A DNA stretch of 64,000 nt from an uncultured virus (IMG/VR IMGVR_UViG_2571042902_000002). Lineage: Duplodnaviria > Heunggongvirae > Uroviricota > Caudoviricetes. The stretch spans positions 1-64,000 of the IMG/VR virus record IMGVR_UViG_2571042902_000002; one strand, written 5' to 3'. Shown here in pieces: positions 35,618-45,111 of the stretch. Numbering within the stretch: position 1 is the stretch's first letter; every line of letters starts with the position of its first letter. A model generated the notes under the pieces. That model was not told where the DNA came from. It did no database searches and was given only the letters and a program-made list of their open reading frames with translations. The translations under genes and the position numbers were made by a program.

Positions 35618-37234
35618 ATGCTTGTCTATGCAAATCGATTTTCAGCAACCGGCTTGGACGCACAGATTGTTGCTCTCCGTGCTATCCACGGATGGCTTAA
35701 GAAGAAGCTCAATGGAAGTTTTATGCTTCCCGACATCTGCAAGGATGGGGAATTCAAGGGCGCCGGACCTGAGCATAGCTGGCTCAGGTGTGAAGTGTTC
35801 GGTCAAGTAGATGAGTATAAGTATGCTTGGCGGTTGAAACATAGCGATGAAAGCGTACGTGGGCGGCAGTGGGTTATAGATATAGGGCTCGCCACTGAAT
35901 ATAATAGATTCGAACTCACGTGCTCGGTGCAGACCGATGATATAAGCACATTGGTGCAATCCAGAGTTTTGGCAACACGTCCAGCTTTAATCAAGTTTGT
36001 TCTCGATAATTTAAAGGGCTCTTCTTCTGTTCTCGACTATCGTGTGCCAGGGGTCTCGGTAAAGGAAGTAGGCGAGTCAGTTGATAGCTATCGGGCTTTG
36101 CTAAATATAATTGAGAGTGAGGAAAGGGCTTACCCCATTATTCTGGTTAGTCCAGATAGATCTGGGGCTTATCACTTTAATGTTGAAAGACTTCAGGAAC
36201 AGCTTTTCGGACTGGCTCAAGTAGTAAAGGTTTCGCCTAGTTTTGATAGTTATGATATGGAAGAGCAGCTAGGGAGGAAATGGTCGGCTTGGGATGGGGC
36301 GTTAAACATCATACCTACTAGGAAGTCCAACGGATTTATTGGTTCTAAATTGATTAGGTCTGATGAGCTTTTTGAGGCCGCCCAGGATCGAGGGCTTACT
36401 TCATATCTTCTATCGCTCGTTACCCATCAGACAAATATCCCCCTGTCGCGCGGTCGACTTACACTAGAATCTGTAAATAATCTCAAGCTCCGTCACCGTC
36501 TTGCTGAAAGGCGCGCGCAACTCATTAGTGCGAGTAATAATTCGGAGCTTGAAGATGAACTGGCTCTTGTGTGGGAGGAGATTGAGTCGCAAAGCCAACG
36601 AATAAAGTCTCTAGAGAATGATAAGTATACAGCTGAGATCCAGATTGAAGAGCTTCAATCTATAAAGGATGATCTCGAAAGTCAAGTGCGATCTCTTAAG
36701 TATAAGGCAAAACAGATTGCTCATGGTCAGATGGCAGGGGCTCGAGATGTTGCGTCTAATGTTCTTGATGTTCTAGAGTTTGCCAGTCGCTCCGATAAAC
36801 CCACCCCGCGAGAGTGTTTAGAACTGATAGAATCTATCTTTCCAGATCGGTGCGAGATTCTCGAGACGGCGTTAGAAAGTGCAGATGAAGTAAGTGACTT
36901 TACGCACTCTCGTCGATTGCTGGATATGCTGCGAAGGCTCATGACTACGTATATTGATGCTATGCTTGAGGGTGGCGATAGTAAAGCAATGGAGGTGTTT
37001 ACAAACTCCGAGTATGCTGCCAATGAATCTGAAACGGTAATGAATAACTCGGCACTGAAGCAACGGCGGCTATTCGTCGTTAATGGTGAAGAGGTTTACA
37101 TGCCTCGTCATTTGAAGATCGGGAAGGCTGATGATACAAGGAAAACAATTCGCGTCCATTTTGCTTGGTTCCCCGAGAAGCGAAAAATCGTCATTGGCTA
37201 TTGTGGTGAACATCTTCCTATCAAAAGCCACTAA
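35618..37234 (+). CDS. Uncharacterised cargo protein with central coiled coil and putative C-terminal RelE-like nuclease domain
   Basis: AT-rich 538-aa ORF; heptad region around aa 290-370; ends HLKIG...IRVHFAW...IVIGYCGEHL. Confidence 0.7.
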   Translation: MLVYANRFSATGLDAQIVALRAIHGWLKKKLNGSFMLPDICKDGEFKGAGPEHSWLRCEVFGQVDEYKYAWRLKHSDESVRGRQWVIDIGLATEYNRFELTCSVQTDDISTLVQSRVLATRPALIKFVLDNLKGSSSVLDYRVPGVSVKEVGESVDSYRALLNIIESEERAYPIILVSPDRSGAYHFNVERLQEQLFGLAQVVKVSPSFDSYDMEEQLGRKWSAWDGALNIIPTRKSNGFIGSKLIRSDELFEAAQDRGLTSYLLSLVTHQTNIPLSRGRLTLESVNNLKLRHRLAERRAQLISASNNSELEDELALVWEEIESQSQRIKSLENDKYTAEIQIEELQSIKDDLESQVRSLKYKAKQIAHGQMAGARDVASNVLDVLEFASRSDKPTPRECLELIESIFPDRCEILETALESADEVSDFTHSRRLLDMLRRLMTTYIDAMLEGGDSKAMEVFTNSEYAANESETVMNNSALKQRRLFVVNGEEVYMPRHLKIGKADDTRKTIRVHFAWFPEKRKIVIGYCGEHLPIKSH

Positions 37235-37615
37235 AGGTCATGTCTTGGTAGCTCCAGTAGTTTGGCTTTGAGGCTGTTTTGGTTGAGTTTCGGATTTTAT
37301 ATAAAAATAATATCGGCATGAAGGTTTATAGATAGGGTTGGTATAGAAAACTAGTGGTCCGCTCTTTCGTCGGCGCGACTGATAGGCGGCGAGAGAGGCC
37401 GGCGGGGCAAAAATGGGGCAACTCGTTCGCCTGCCTATTCTATTCAATGCCATTTGAGCCATTGCGACGCAGGGTAGAAAAAGAAACCAAGCCCTTATCT
37501 AGCTTGGCTTCCAGGCATTTTCTGATTAGTAATGCAGCACAATCGGCCTATGGTTAATTCGCAACGCTTCACTAACGGCAAAGGTGCGACAGTTCCGGTA
37601 AGCTACAGGCAGACA

Positions 37616-39304
37616 TCAGATTCTCTTTGTCAGTGACCACTTAGCACTTGGCCCATTTCCAGTCCGAGTTGCGTAGGAAGCTTTTCTCAAGAATGCGCTC
37701 GTATGTGGAGTATTTTTGTGCTCCAGTAAGTGGGTGATATTCTCGTTTGAGGCCTCGCCAAACTCTTGTAGATAGTCGAATAATTTCACATGCTTAGCTG
37801 AGGTTTGACTTATTTTTAGAGGATTTTGTGCTTTGAAATAGCTGGCCCATGCTGGTTTGAATCTGACGAAAATTCCCTTGTTTGTGCCGCATAGTTCTAA
37901 TTCACTATGATTTTTCACCGATTCTTTTATTGTGTTCCATGCATTTCCATCGTATGTAGGAATACGTTTGGCAAGTTCTATCACGTCCATATAGCCGATC
38001 CTATATAAGCTGTTAAAAATAACTAAGTCGGCTACGCTGAATTTTTCGAGTGCGGCTTGCACTTTTACAAATATCTCAGGAATAATAGCTTTTGCAGATA
38101 AGGAAACCTCTACAGTATCGAATATCTCCCTGAACTTGGGGAACTCTCTCCCGTACGCCAGGGAGCCAAAATGCATTCTCTTTACACCCATGCCAGCTCG
38201 GTCTACTAGTTGAAAGTTCATTAGAAGTTTGGCTAGGGCTTTATTTCTATGGCGAGGTTGATGAGAAGTGATGTTTTCTGCTGTCACGCCTCCATAGAAT
38301 ACGCCTGGATTAGTAACCATCATTCTTTCAAAGTTATAGTCAACAACCACCATTCCCTCAATTGAGTAGTCGCGATGAACCAAGGCATTCATAAAGCATT
38401 CATGAAATGCTATATTGTCTAAAAGTTTGCACGGATGGGTTTTTCCTGCGTACTCCAGTGAGATTTCCGTGTTGCAGCTGTCAAATAAGCTTTTTGTGCG
38501 CTGTATGGTCTTCCAAAGATTATCGTCCCAAACCACGTTGTGGCGTATCTCTCCATTGGTTTCTCGCCAAGTGAAGCGGTATTCATAGGTGCCAAGCCAC
38601 TTAGAAATTTCATTAGATTTACCGAGGAATAGGAGTCCGGATTTGGTTACGACTCCATTTGTTGTGGCACCGATTGCTTCTAGGAAACTGGTAGTAGTGG
38701 GGCGTTGGTCTATAGGATATTTTTTCCTTAAGCAGTAGTCGTCATAGGCATCTTCAACTGCGGTTAAGTCGAGTGAGGTGGCCTGTAAGTGATCTATTGT
38801 TTCGGCAGTCCAGTCATAATTAAGCAAGCCTGATACCGCCAAGCGAATTTCTTCGGGTTCCATCGGCCTGCTAGAGCGGCCATCACGAATACATGTCTTG
38901 CCACTTGTGGTGGAAACTAATGTGTCTCTGCGTCGGGGGACATGTACTGTGAGATAGTTTTTTCCGTCAAATTCTATGTACTGAGCCCTGATGTCCAGGT
39001 TTGGGCGAATCTTGCCTTTTATTCGTTGTTCAATCTCTATGTTGTCTGAGAGTTCAAATCCGACGAGTTGTGTAGCCCACTGCTGATGCTGGACGTTTCC
39101 GCCGTCTCTAATGCCAATTATTATAACGCCGCCTTTCTTGTTTGCGAGGGCTGAAACTTCTTCTGCCAGTTCTTTGGAACCATGTAATGATGCTGTGCTT
39201 GAGAATTCTTTGAATTCCACTTCTTCGCTTTCTAAAAGCTCACTATTGATGTGCTGGCATGCTTGAATAATTCCTAATATCTCTTCAGTGCTCTTCATGT
39301 ACAT
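37616..39304 (-). CDS. Schlafen/AlbA_2 domain + HATPase_c_4 (RecG-C-like) + HTH protein
   Basis: ESEEVEFKE...VSALANKKGGVIIIGIRD; FHECFMNALVHRDYS...NPG...RN.ALA...VDRAGMG; start uncertain (39298/39304/39367). Confidence 0.85.
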   Translation of the reverse strand: MYMKSTEEILGIIQACQHINSELLESEEVEFKEFSSTASLHGSKELAEEVSALANKKGGVIIIGIRDGGNVQHQQWATQLVGFELSDNIEIEQRIKGKIRPNLDIRAQYIEFDGKNYLTVHVPRRRDTLVSTTSGKTCIRDGRSSRPMEPEEIRLAVSGLLNYDWTAETIDHLQATSLDLTAVEDAYDDYCLRKKYPIDQRPTTTSFLEAIGATTNGVVTKSGLLFLGKSNEISKWLGTYEYRFTWRETNGEIRHNVVWDDNLWKTIQRTKSLFDSCNTEISLEYAGKTHPCKLLDNIAFHECFMNALVHRDYSIEGMVVVDYNFERMMVTNPGVFYGGVTAENITSHQPRHRNKALAKLLMNFQLVDRAGMGVKRMHFGSLAYGREFPKFREIFDTVEVSLSAKAIIPEIFVKVQAALEKFSVADLVIFNSLYRIGYMDVIELAKRIPTYDGNAWNTIKESVKNHSELELCGTNKGIFVRFKPAWASYFKAQNPLKISQTSAKHVKLFDYLQEFGEASNENITHLLEHKNTPHTSAFLRKASYATRTGNGPSAKWSLTKRI

Positions 39305-39552
39305 GAGTGTCGATATCCTATCTACCTGCGAAGAATGCTCACATGCTACCTCATGGCCAGTCGCCATGCCTATCGAGAGATGATCGTGTGTAATTTTATG
39401 GGAATGATAATTATTACTATGCCTATCCCCGTATTTTGTGGCTGCGGAAAATGAGGAAATAAACCAGTGCTTGCTTGGCCTGTATGTAGAAAAGGGATAT
39501 GGGGGTAAAAAGGTGGTAAATCAGGAAGACCCGGATCGTTATACTCCTTGTT

Positions 39553-39657
39553 TTATGGGGCTTTATGAGTATTGCAGGTCCAGTCCATCATCGGTGCGAC
39601 AGAAAACCTCCTAGATACCGTAGTTGCTGGGCTTGCGAGTATTTCTGCGGGTTTCAT
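39553..39657 (-). pseudogene. dusA: Displaced dusA 5' fragment containing the att core
   Basis: Translates MKPAEILASPATTVSRRFSVAPMMDWT-CNTHKAP*; SVAPMMDWT is the conserved DusA N-terminal motif. Confidence 0.88.
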
Positions 39658-39689
39658 GGGGTTTCCGGTTGCTGCTGATTCACTCCGAT

Positions 39690-39760
39690 TTGCTACCGTT
39701 TAGCACTATTGCTTAATCTCCTTTGCTTAAATGTAGCAACGCGAGACGGGCGTGTAGCAA
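39690..39760. promoter_or_regulatory. Putative integrase arm-type sites
   Basis: TGTAGCAA direct repeats at 39732 and 39753; inverted TTGCTAC at 39690. Confidence 0.45.
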
Positions 39761-40867
39761 ATGGGGACGATTACTCAAAGGAAGCGCAAGGATGGGTCCG
39801 CAGCTTTTACGGCTCAGATCCGCATCATGCGGCAGGGGAAGGCAGTTTATCAGGAAAGCCAGACATTCGACCGGAAGGCGGCGGCCCAGAACTGGCTGAA
39901 GCGCCGAGAGGCAGAGTTGGCAGCGCCAGGCGCGATCGAGCGAGCCAATCGCAAGGGCGTCACTGTACGGGAAATGATCAAGCAGTATCTTGAGGAGTAC
40001 GGGAAACTGCGACCGTTGGGCAGGACCAAGGAGGCGACGCTCCAGGCGATAGCTGCGACATGGCTGGGGGATGTGGTCGACCGGGACCTGACTTCCCAGG
40101 TGTTGGTCGAGTACGCAATGGATCGCATCGAGAAGGGCGGCGTGCAGCCGCAGACTGTAGGCAACGATCTTTCTCACCTCGGTGCCGTCTTGACGGTTGC
40201 GCGCCCAGCATGGGGCTACGAGGTGGATCCGGTGGCCATGGCCGACGCCAGGCGCGTTCTGCGCAAGATGGGAGGCGTTTCCAGGAGCAACGAGCGGGAC
40301 AGGCGCCCAACTTTGGAGGAGCTTGACACCATCCTTGCCTACTTCGTTGAAATGCGGGAGCGTCGCAAGCAGCAGATCGACATGGTTCGGATGATCGGCT
40401 TTGCGATTTTCTCAACGCGCCGCCAGGAAGAGATCACCCGGATCCGCTGGGACGCCATCGACGAAGCACGCCAGGCAGTGCTGATCACCGACATGAAGAA
40501 TCCGGGCCAGAAATACGGGAATGATGTCTGGTGCCACCTGCCAGATCAGGCATGGCGAATTTTGCATTCGATGCCCCGGCGCGAGGAGTTCGTGTTCCCC
40601 TATAACGCGAAGTCGGTCAGCGCTTCGTTTACCAGGGCTTGCAGCTTCTTGGAGATCGATGATCTCCACTTTCACGACCTGCGCCATGACGGCATCAGTC
40701 GGCTTTTCGAGATCGGATGGGATATTCCGCGCGTGGCCAGCGTCTCGGGCCACCGGGACTGGAATTCGATGCGGCGATACACGCATCTGAGAGGGAACGG
40801 CGACAAGTACGAAGACTGGCCGTGGTTGGAGCAGATAATAGAGGGCCCCACGATCGAGGCCCGGTAG
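39761..40867 (+). CDS. int: Tyrosine integrase, dusA-associated type
   Basis: STRRQEE, FHDLRHD, SGHRDWNSMRRY; divergent from the dusA fragment. Confidence 0.94.
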   Translation: MGTITQRKRKDGSAAFTAQIRIMRQGKAVYQESQTFDRKAAAQNWLKRREAELAAPGAIERANRKGVTVREMIKQYLEEYGKLRPLGRTKEATLQAIAATWLGDVVDRDLTSQVLVEYAMDRIEKGGVQPQTVGNDLSHLGAVLTVARPAWGYEVDPVAMADARRVLRKMGGVSRSNERDRRPTLEELDTILAYFVEMRERRKQQIDMVRMIGFAIFSTRRQEEITRIRWDAIDEARQAVLITDMKNPGQKYGNDVWCHLPDQAWRILHSMPRREEFVFPYNAKSVSASFTRACSFLEIDDLHFHDLRHDGISRLFEIGWDIPRVASVSGHRDWNSMRRYTHLRGNGDKYEDWPWLEQIIEGPTIEAR

Positions 40868-40876
40868 GCGGGAGGG

Positions 40877-41161
40877 TTAGGATGCACGGCGCAGGGTTCT
40901 GCGCCCCATGAGCTTTTCGTGCTCCTCCTTCGCCGTTCTGTGCCGTTCGTCAAGGTAGTTCGCCAGGTCCGTCAGGTGTACGCCACGCGCAGACTTCTGG
41001 CTGTTCTCCATGCGTACCAGCGGCAAGTCGATTTCGCCGGCCGCTACCTTCATCTTCATTTTCTCGGGGGTCAGGTGGCTGAAGTAGTCGGCGCAGACGC
41101 GTTCGAGGGGAATGATGGCGGCGCCATCGTACTGAGCCATCAACAGAAACAGGGTGTTCAT
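40877..41161 (-). CDS. PrtN-family probable excisionase
   Basis: MNTLFLLMAQY...RVCADYFSHLT; paralogue of 1129-1404. Confidence 0.8.
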   Translation of the reverse strand: MNTLFLLMAQYDGAAIIPLERVCADYFSHLTPEKMKMKVAAGEIDLPLVRMENSQKSARGVHLTDLANYLDERHRTAKEEHEKLMGRRTLRRAS

Positions 41162-41341
41162 TGGGCGTTACCTATCCCAGCTCTCCGGCCGGGCTGTTCC
41201 GCGACCCTTTCCGTTGGGCCGCGGGCATGGATGATTTCAGGTAGGATGCACCGGCTCACCGGTGACGGGACCAGCCTTGGCGGGCATGTGCCCCTGATCC
41301 GGTGGGCCTCCGCTGGGGAAGTGCGATGCCTGGTTTCTGCT

Positions 41342-41464
41342 TCATCCGAAGCACCCCGTCTGCCAGGCCGCCAGCGTGCGGAGGATCGGGAATATCTCCA
41401 CCAGCCCCACCACGGCCAGGCCGAGGGCGGCGATGATGCCGAGGGCGGTCAGCGCTCTACGCAT
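41342..41464 (-). CDS. 40-aa single-TM peptide
   Basis: MRRALTALGIIAALGLAVVGLVEIFPILRTLAAWQTGCFG; homologue of 1404-1526; GGAGG RBS. Confidence 0.6.
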   Translation of the reverse strand: MRRALTALGIIAALGLAVVGLVEIFPILRTLAAWQTGCFG

Positions 41465-41692
41465 GGTCGGAGCCTCCTGCGCTGATCGGCAGCGATTCCG
41501 TGGGTAGCCCCGGCCGCATGTTGGTGTCGGCGCCGAGAAGGCTGGCGTGCCAGTTACCTAGGGCGGCCGCGCTGCTGACGCAGTGGTGGGCATGGCAAAG
41601 CCTAAGCATTGATGCCATATTGATGCTGAAGGCTTGAGATGCGTGTAGAATCGCGCGAGTTTTTCAAGTCAAAATGGCATCAGGGAAGGCGC

Positions 41693-42481
41693 ATGTTTAG
41701 GACGGCCTACGCGGTACGCTTCGATCGGCCAGCTAGGAACGGCAGGAACAAGGCGTGTTTACTGGAGTGCGCGGATCTCGCAGGGGTGCGCATTGATGTG
41801 ATCGCTAAGTTCACTGCTTGTGAGAGTGGCCCTACGGGTCTGATTCGCGAAGCGCTAGCAGCTTTTTTTGCGGCTGATCTTGGCCTGCATGTGCCTGAAC
41901 CGATTTTGGTCGAAGTCCCCCCTAGGTTCAGCGCAGGGGCTTCCTTTCCTGAGGTTGACCATATGATGGCCACGAGCAGTCGTTACGCGTTCGGCTCGGC
42001 GGCCTTGCCGGCTGGCTATATGATCGTTGCTCCAGCATTGCCTGTGAAGGGACCGATGCTGCAGAGAGCTGCGGACATTTTCGCCTTCGACACCTTCGTA
42101 GCAAATGGTGACAGGCACCCCCGAAACCCTAATTGCCTTGTCCGCGGAGAGGATCTTGCCGTGATCGATCATGACTTGGCTTTTCTTATGGACGCTATCT
42201 TGTTTTGGAAGAGTCCCTGGGTGTTGGGGGGCGGCGAAAGCTTGGCTGACCCAGAAAAGCACATTTTTTGGCACCAGATTCGAGCACAAAAATTGGATTT
42301 CACACGACTCGGGGAATGCCTAAAGGCCATAACGGATGCTCGTCTGGATGAGTATGTGGCTGCATTACCTGATGACTGGAAACTTGGGAACCAAGCAGCG
42401 CAGAACACGGTCCAATATATTAAGGACTTACGGCAAAACGCGGATGATGCGTTCTCTGAGCTTCAGAGGGTTTTAGCATGA
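41693..42481 (+). CDS. HipA-like kinase
   Basis: AKF...REALA..FA..LGL.VP; FDTFVANGDRH..NPN and IDHDLAF catalytic/Mg motifs. Confidence 0.85.
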   Translation: MFRTAYAVRFDRPARNGRNKACLLECADLAGVRIDVIAKFTACESGPTGLIREALAAFFAADLGLHVPEPILVEVPPRFSAGASFPEVDHMMATSSRYAFGSAALPAGYMIVAPALPVKGPMLQRAADIFAFDTFVANGDRHPRNPNCLVRGEDLAVIDHDLAFLMDAILFWKSPWVLGGGESLADPEKHIFWHQIRAQKLDFTRLGECLKAITDARLDEYVAALPDDWKLGNQAAQNTVQYIKDLRQNADDAFSELQRVLA

Positions 42482-43332
42482 AACTGACAAACTACGATTA
42501 CTCTGTTCTTAGGTATGTTCACGATAGAACAACTGGGGAGTTTGTAAACGTAGGAGTAGCTATGTACTCTGCTGAAGAGGAGTTTATTTCAGCAAAGTGC
42601 AGGAGTACAATTTCTAGAATATCTTCTGTTTTTCCTGACTTTCATAGGGAAGGATTTAGGAAGATGATGCGGCATATAGTTGATCGATTTGATGAGTTAA
42701 ATAGTAAGCTACAGTGCGAACTAAAATTTTCTGGTGATGAGTCTCTTAGGACTTTATTGAAGAAAGTTTTGCCAGATGATGACAGCTCCCTGCAGTGGAG
42801 CGAGCTAGGTCATGGCTTGGCGATTGGCAGCTTGCCAGATGAACTAGAGCACTTATATAGTCGTTTAATCTCAAAGTATGATGCACCTGCGAGTAAGGAA
42901 CGTCGTACAGAGCTAGATATATGGCGAGATTTTGAACGCCATCTTGCTCCATTTATTCCGTCTGAAGAGTTTGTCTCAAAAAAGATTTCCGTCCTAGATG
43001 ATGAATTAGAGTTTAAGCATGCGTGGAAGAATGGGATATGGCATTGTATTGAACCAGTGTCATTTGATCTTTCTGATGGGGACTACTTGAAGGACAAGGC
43101 TCACAAGTGGCTCGGTCAAATGACTAGTATTAAAAGCACGAAGGAATCTTTTAAGGTTTATTTGATAATTAGTAAGCCGCAAGAAAATTCTTTAAGCTTT
43201 GCCTTCGAGAAAGCAGTTAGTATCCTTAATAAGATTCCGGTAGAGAAAGAAATTTTCCTCGAAGAGGATGCTTCAGAATTAGCAAATAAGATAATTCATA
43301 GGTTTGAACAGCATAATAGAGAGGCTCATTAG
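42478..43332 (+). CDS. DUF3037-domain protein
   Basis: YSVLRYVHD..TGEFVNVGV motif; ATGA overlap with the kinase; AT-rich. Confidence 0.8.
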   Translation: MKLTNYDYSVLRYVHDRTTGEFVNVGVAMYSAEEEFISAKCRSTISRISSVFPDFHREGFRKMMRHIVDRFDELNSKLQCELKFSGDESLRTLLKKVLPDDDSSLQWSELGHGLAIGSLPDELEHLYSRLISKYDAPASKERRTELDIWRDFERHLAPFIPSEEFVSKKISVLDDELEFKHAWKNGIWHCIEPVSFDLSDGDYLKDKAHKWLGQMTSIKSTKESFKVYLIISKPQENSLSFAFEKAVSILNKIPVEKEIFLEEDASELANKIIHRFEQHNREAH

Positions 43333-43403
43333 ATAAAACCCCGCCATCTCGGAGGGTTTTTTTCGGCCTCGCTCTGCACCAGCGGCGCATTGGATCTGGT
43401 CAT
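43329..43403 (-). pseudogene. Truncated phage gene stub at the cassette junction
   Basis: ATGA-coupled start MTRSNAPLVQSEAE runs straight into the cassette terminator and stops after 24 codons. Confidence 0.5.
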
Positions 43404-44041
43404 GGCGCATTCCTTGCCCCGCAGTTGGGGCAGTCGTCGAAGCGCTGATGCTCTGTGATGAAGCGTCCGCAGCCGCTGCAATTCAGCCTGGTGCTGTAGC
43501 TCAGGCGGCGCTGGCCCTGGTGCTCCGGCTTGGGTAGCTTCAGGCCGAAGAGCCGGAGGGCCTGCTTGTGGTTGAGGGAGGCCGCCACCGCAACAGGCCT
43601 GGCATGCTGGTCGATGTAGGACTTCGGCCAGGGCGCTAGCCCGCGCGCGGTGAGTATGCCGGCGTGGTCGAGCGGCCAGGTCCGTGCGGCGGCCAGGTTG
43701 GATGTCCGGCCGGCGGCATCGGGTACCCAGACCAGGCAGTTGCCGTCCCAGTCCCTGTCGTAGGCGACGTAGATGCGGTCGTCCGCTGGGGCGGTGGCGA
43801 GTGCCTGCGTCCGGGACAGTTCCAGGTCCTGGTGATCGACGCCGTACTCGACCCGGGCGCGCACGTAGTCGACCGGCCAGGGCAGATCGGTTTCCCGGCA
43901 CTTGTACTGCCGAACGGCATGGGCGCTGGTGAACGTCTCGGCTTCGTCGAGGTTGGTGGTGTAGCCGCCGCCGGCGCGCCAGAACGTTGCTCGGCTCCCG
44001 ACGTTGCTGCGGCTGTCCTGGAGATAGAAGAGGTCGCTCAT
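43400..44041 (-). CDS. Phage protein with C-terminal zinc ribbon
   Basis: FYLQDSRS.VG...GYTTNL..A; CSGC...CPNC. Confidence 0.75.
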   Translation of the reverse strand: MSDLFYLQDSRSNVGSRATFWRAGGGYTTNLDEAETFTSAHAVRQYKCRETDLPWPVDYVRARVEYGVDHQDLELSRTQALATAPADDRIYVAYDRDWDGNCLVWVPDAAGRTSNLAAARTWPLDHAGILTARGLAPWPKSYIDQHARPVAVAASLNHKQALRLFGLKLPKPEHQGQRRLSYSTRLNCSGCGRFITEHQRFDDCPNCGARNAP

Positions 44042-44709
44042 GGTGTCACCCGCTTGAATTCGATGACCCAGACCCAGGGATTGGCGGTGAAAGCCTCTGG
44101 GCCGTTGATCTCTCCCCAAAGGGAGCGGAACCAGAGCCAAGCATCCAAGCCACTACCGCCCGTTTCGCATTCGCGCTCGGCGGGATATCCCTCGGCCCGT
44201 GCCTGCTCCTCGCTGATGTCCTGCAGTCGTTCTACGCGAACGGCGGTGAGCTCCAGCAGGATGCGGGAGGCCCAACGCGGCATATGGATGCTCGGCCGCC
44301 AGCGCGCCTGATCAAGTTCGGCGTACCAGCAGGCGAATGGATATGGCTTGACGCGCGGGTCGTCGTAGTTGAAGGCTCCGCGATCATCCAGAAAGCCCGG
44401 CTCTTCCATAAGATCGCGAATATCCTCGTCCGCCCGATATGCCAGCGCCGGCGCGCCGCACATGTTCACGTCAGTCCACGTCTCGCGCACCCATAACCGG
44501 TCGCCGGGCTGGCCGTAGGGGCAGGTGATGCGTGCGTGCAGGCCGGCATCAAGCGTCTTGAATGGCGTATTGGGATCGACCATTGAGCCGAGGAAGTCGG
44601 GCTGCGGCGTCACCACTCGGCGGGTGACCGTCTTCCTACCTTCCAGGATGGCGCGGACCATCTGGTCGTTGAACAGGATTGGCCGCTCCCGCGGCTTTTC
44701 TGCGGACAT
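44038..44709 (-). CDS. ASCH-like phage protein
   Basis: ERPILF...MVRAIL.GRKT.TRR, GDRLWVRET, WRPSIHMPRWASR, NPWVWVIEF. Confidence 0.82.
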   Translation of the reverse strand: MSAEKPRERPILFNDQMVRAILEGRKTVTRRVVTPQPDFLGSMVDPNTPFKTLDAGLHARITCPYGQPGDRLWVRETWTDVNMCGAPALAYRADEDIRDLMEEPGFLDDRGAFNYDDPRVKPYPFACWYAELDQARWRPSIHMPRWASRILLELTAVRVERLQDISEEQARAEGYPAERECETGGSGLDAWLWFRSLWGEINGPEAFTANPWVWVIEFKRVTP

Positions 44710-44790
44710 AGGGAATACCTCTCGCCTGATGGCGAAATGCAATAAATTGAGATAACGTCCGGCAGCCATACGTTTAGCCAGACAAGGAGA

Positions 44791-45111
44791 GTGGGAGTGA
44801 CCTATGTTGCTTGGGGTGTAGTGCTGTTTTTCGCTATCAGTTGGACGATTGGACTGCTGTTTAGGCCTGAAACTCGCTTTCTTTCAACAGTTGCTGCAGT
44901 GATTCACTGGTGGATCATGATCGGAGTTACCGCGTTTAGCGCAACTAAGGTCTGGCATTTGTTTTGGCTGATGCCGCTTGCTCTTATCGTATGCATGGTT
45001 GCCATGGGGGCACTCGTTAGCGTTGGCAACAGGAAGCCTTCTGCTGTGTTTGCCGCCGCAATTTGGATTCTCTGGCCGGCAACCTGGTTGGCTTATCAAT
45101 TCTCAAAGTAA
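44791..45111 (+). CDS. Moron membrane protein (4 TM)
   Basis: Hydrophobic 106-aa ORF, antisense to the operon, lower GC, AGGAG RBS. Confidence 0.65.
   Translation: MGVTYVAWGVVLFFAISWTIGLLFRPETRFLSTVAAVIHWWIMIGVTAFSATKVWHLFWLMPLALIVCMVAMGALVSVGNRKPSAVFAAAIWILWPATWLAYQFSK

Larger units (their letters stand above)
1..39608. mobile_element. Prophage 1 (lambda-like head, non-contractile tail), integrated at dusA; left att lies upstream of the window
   Basis: Ordered int-xis-early-cI/cro-replication-head-tail-lysis modules; right boundary set by the dusA core sequence at 39577-39608. Confidence 0.9.
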
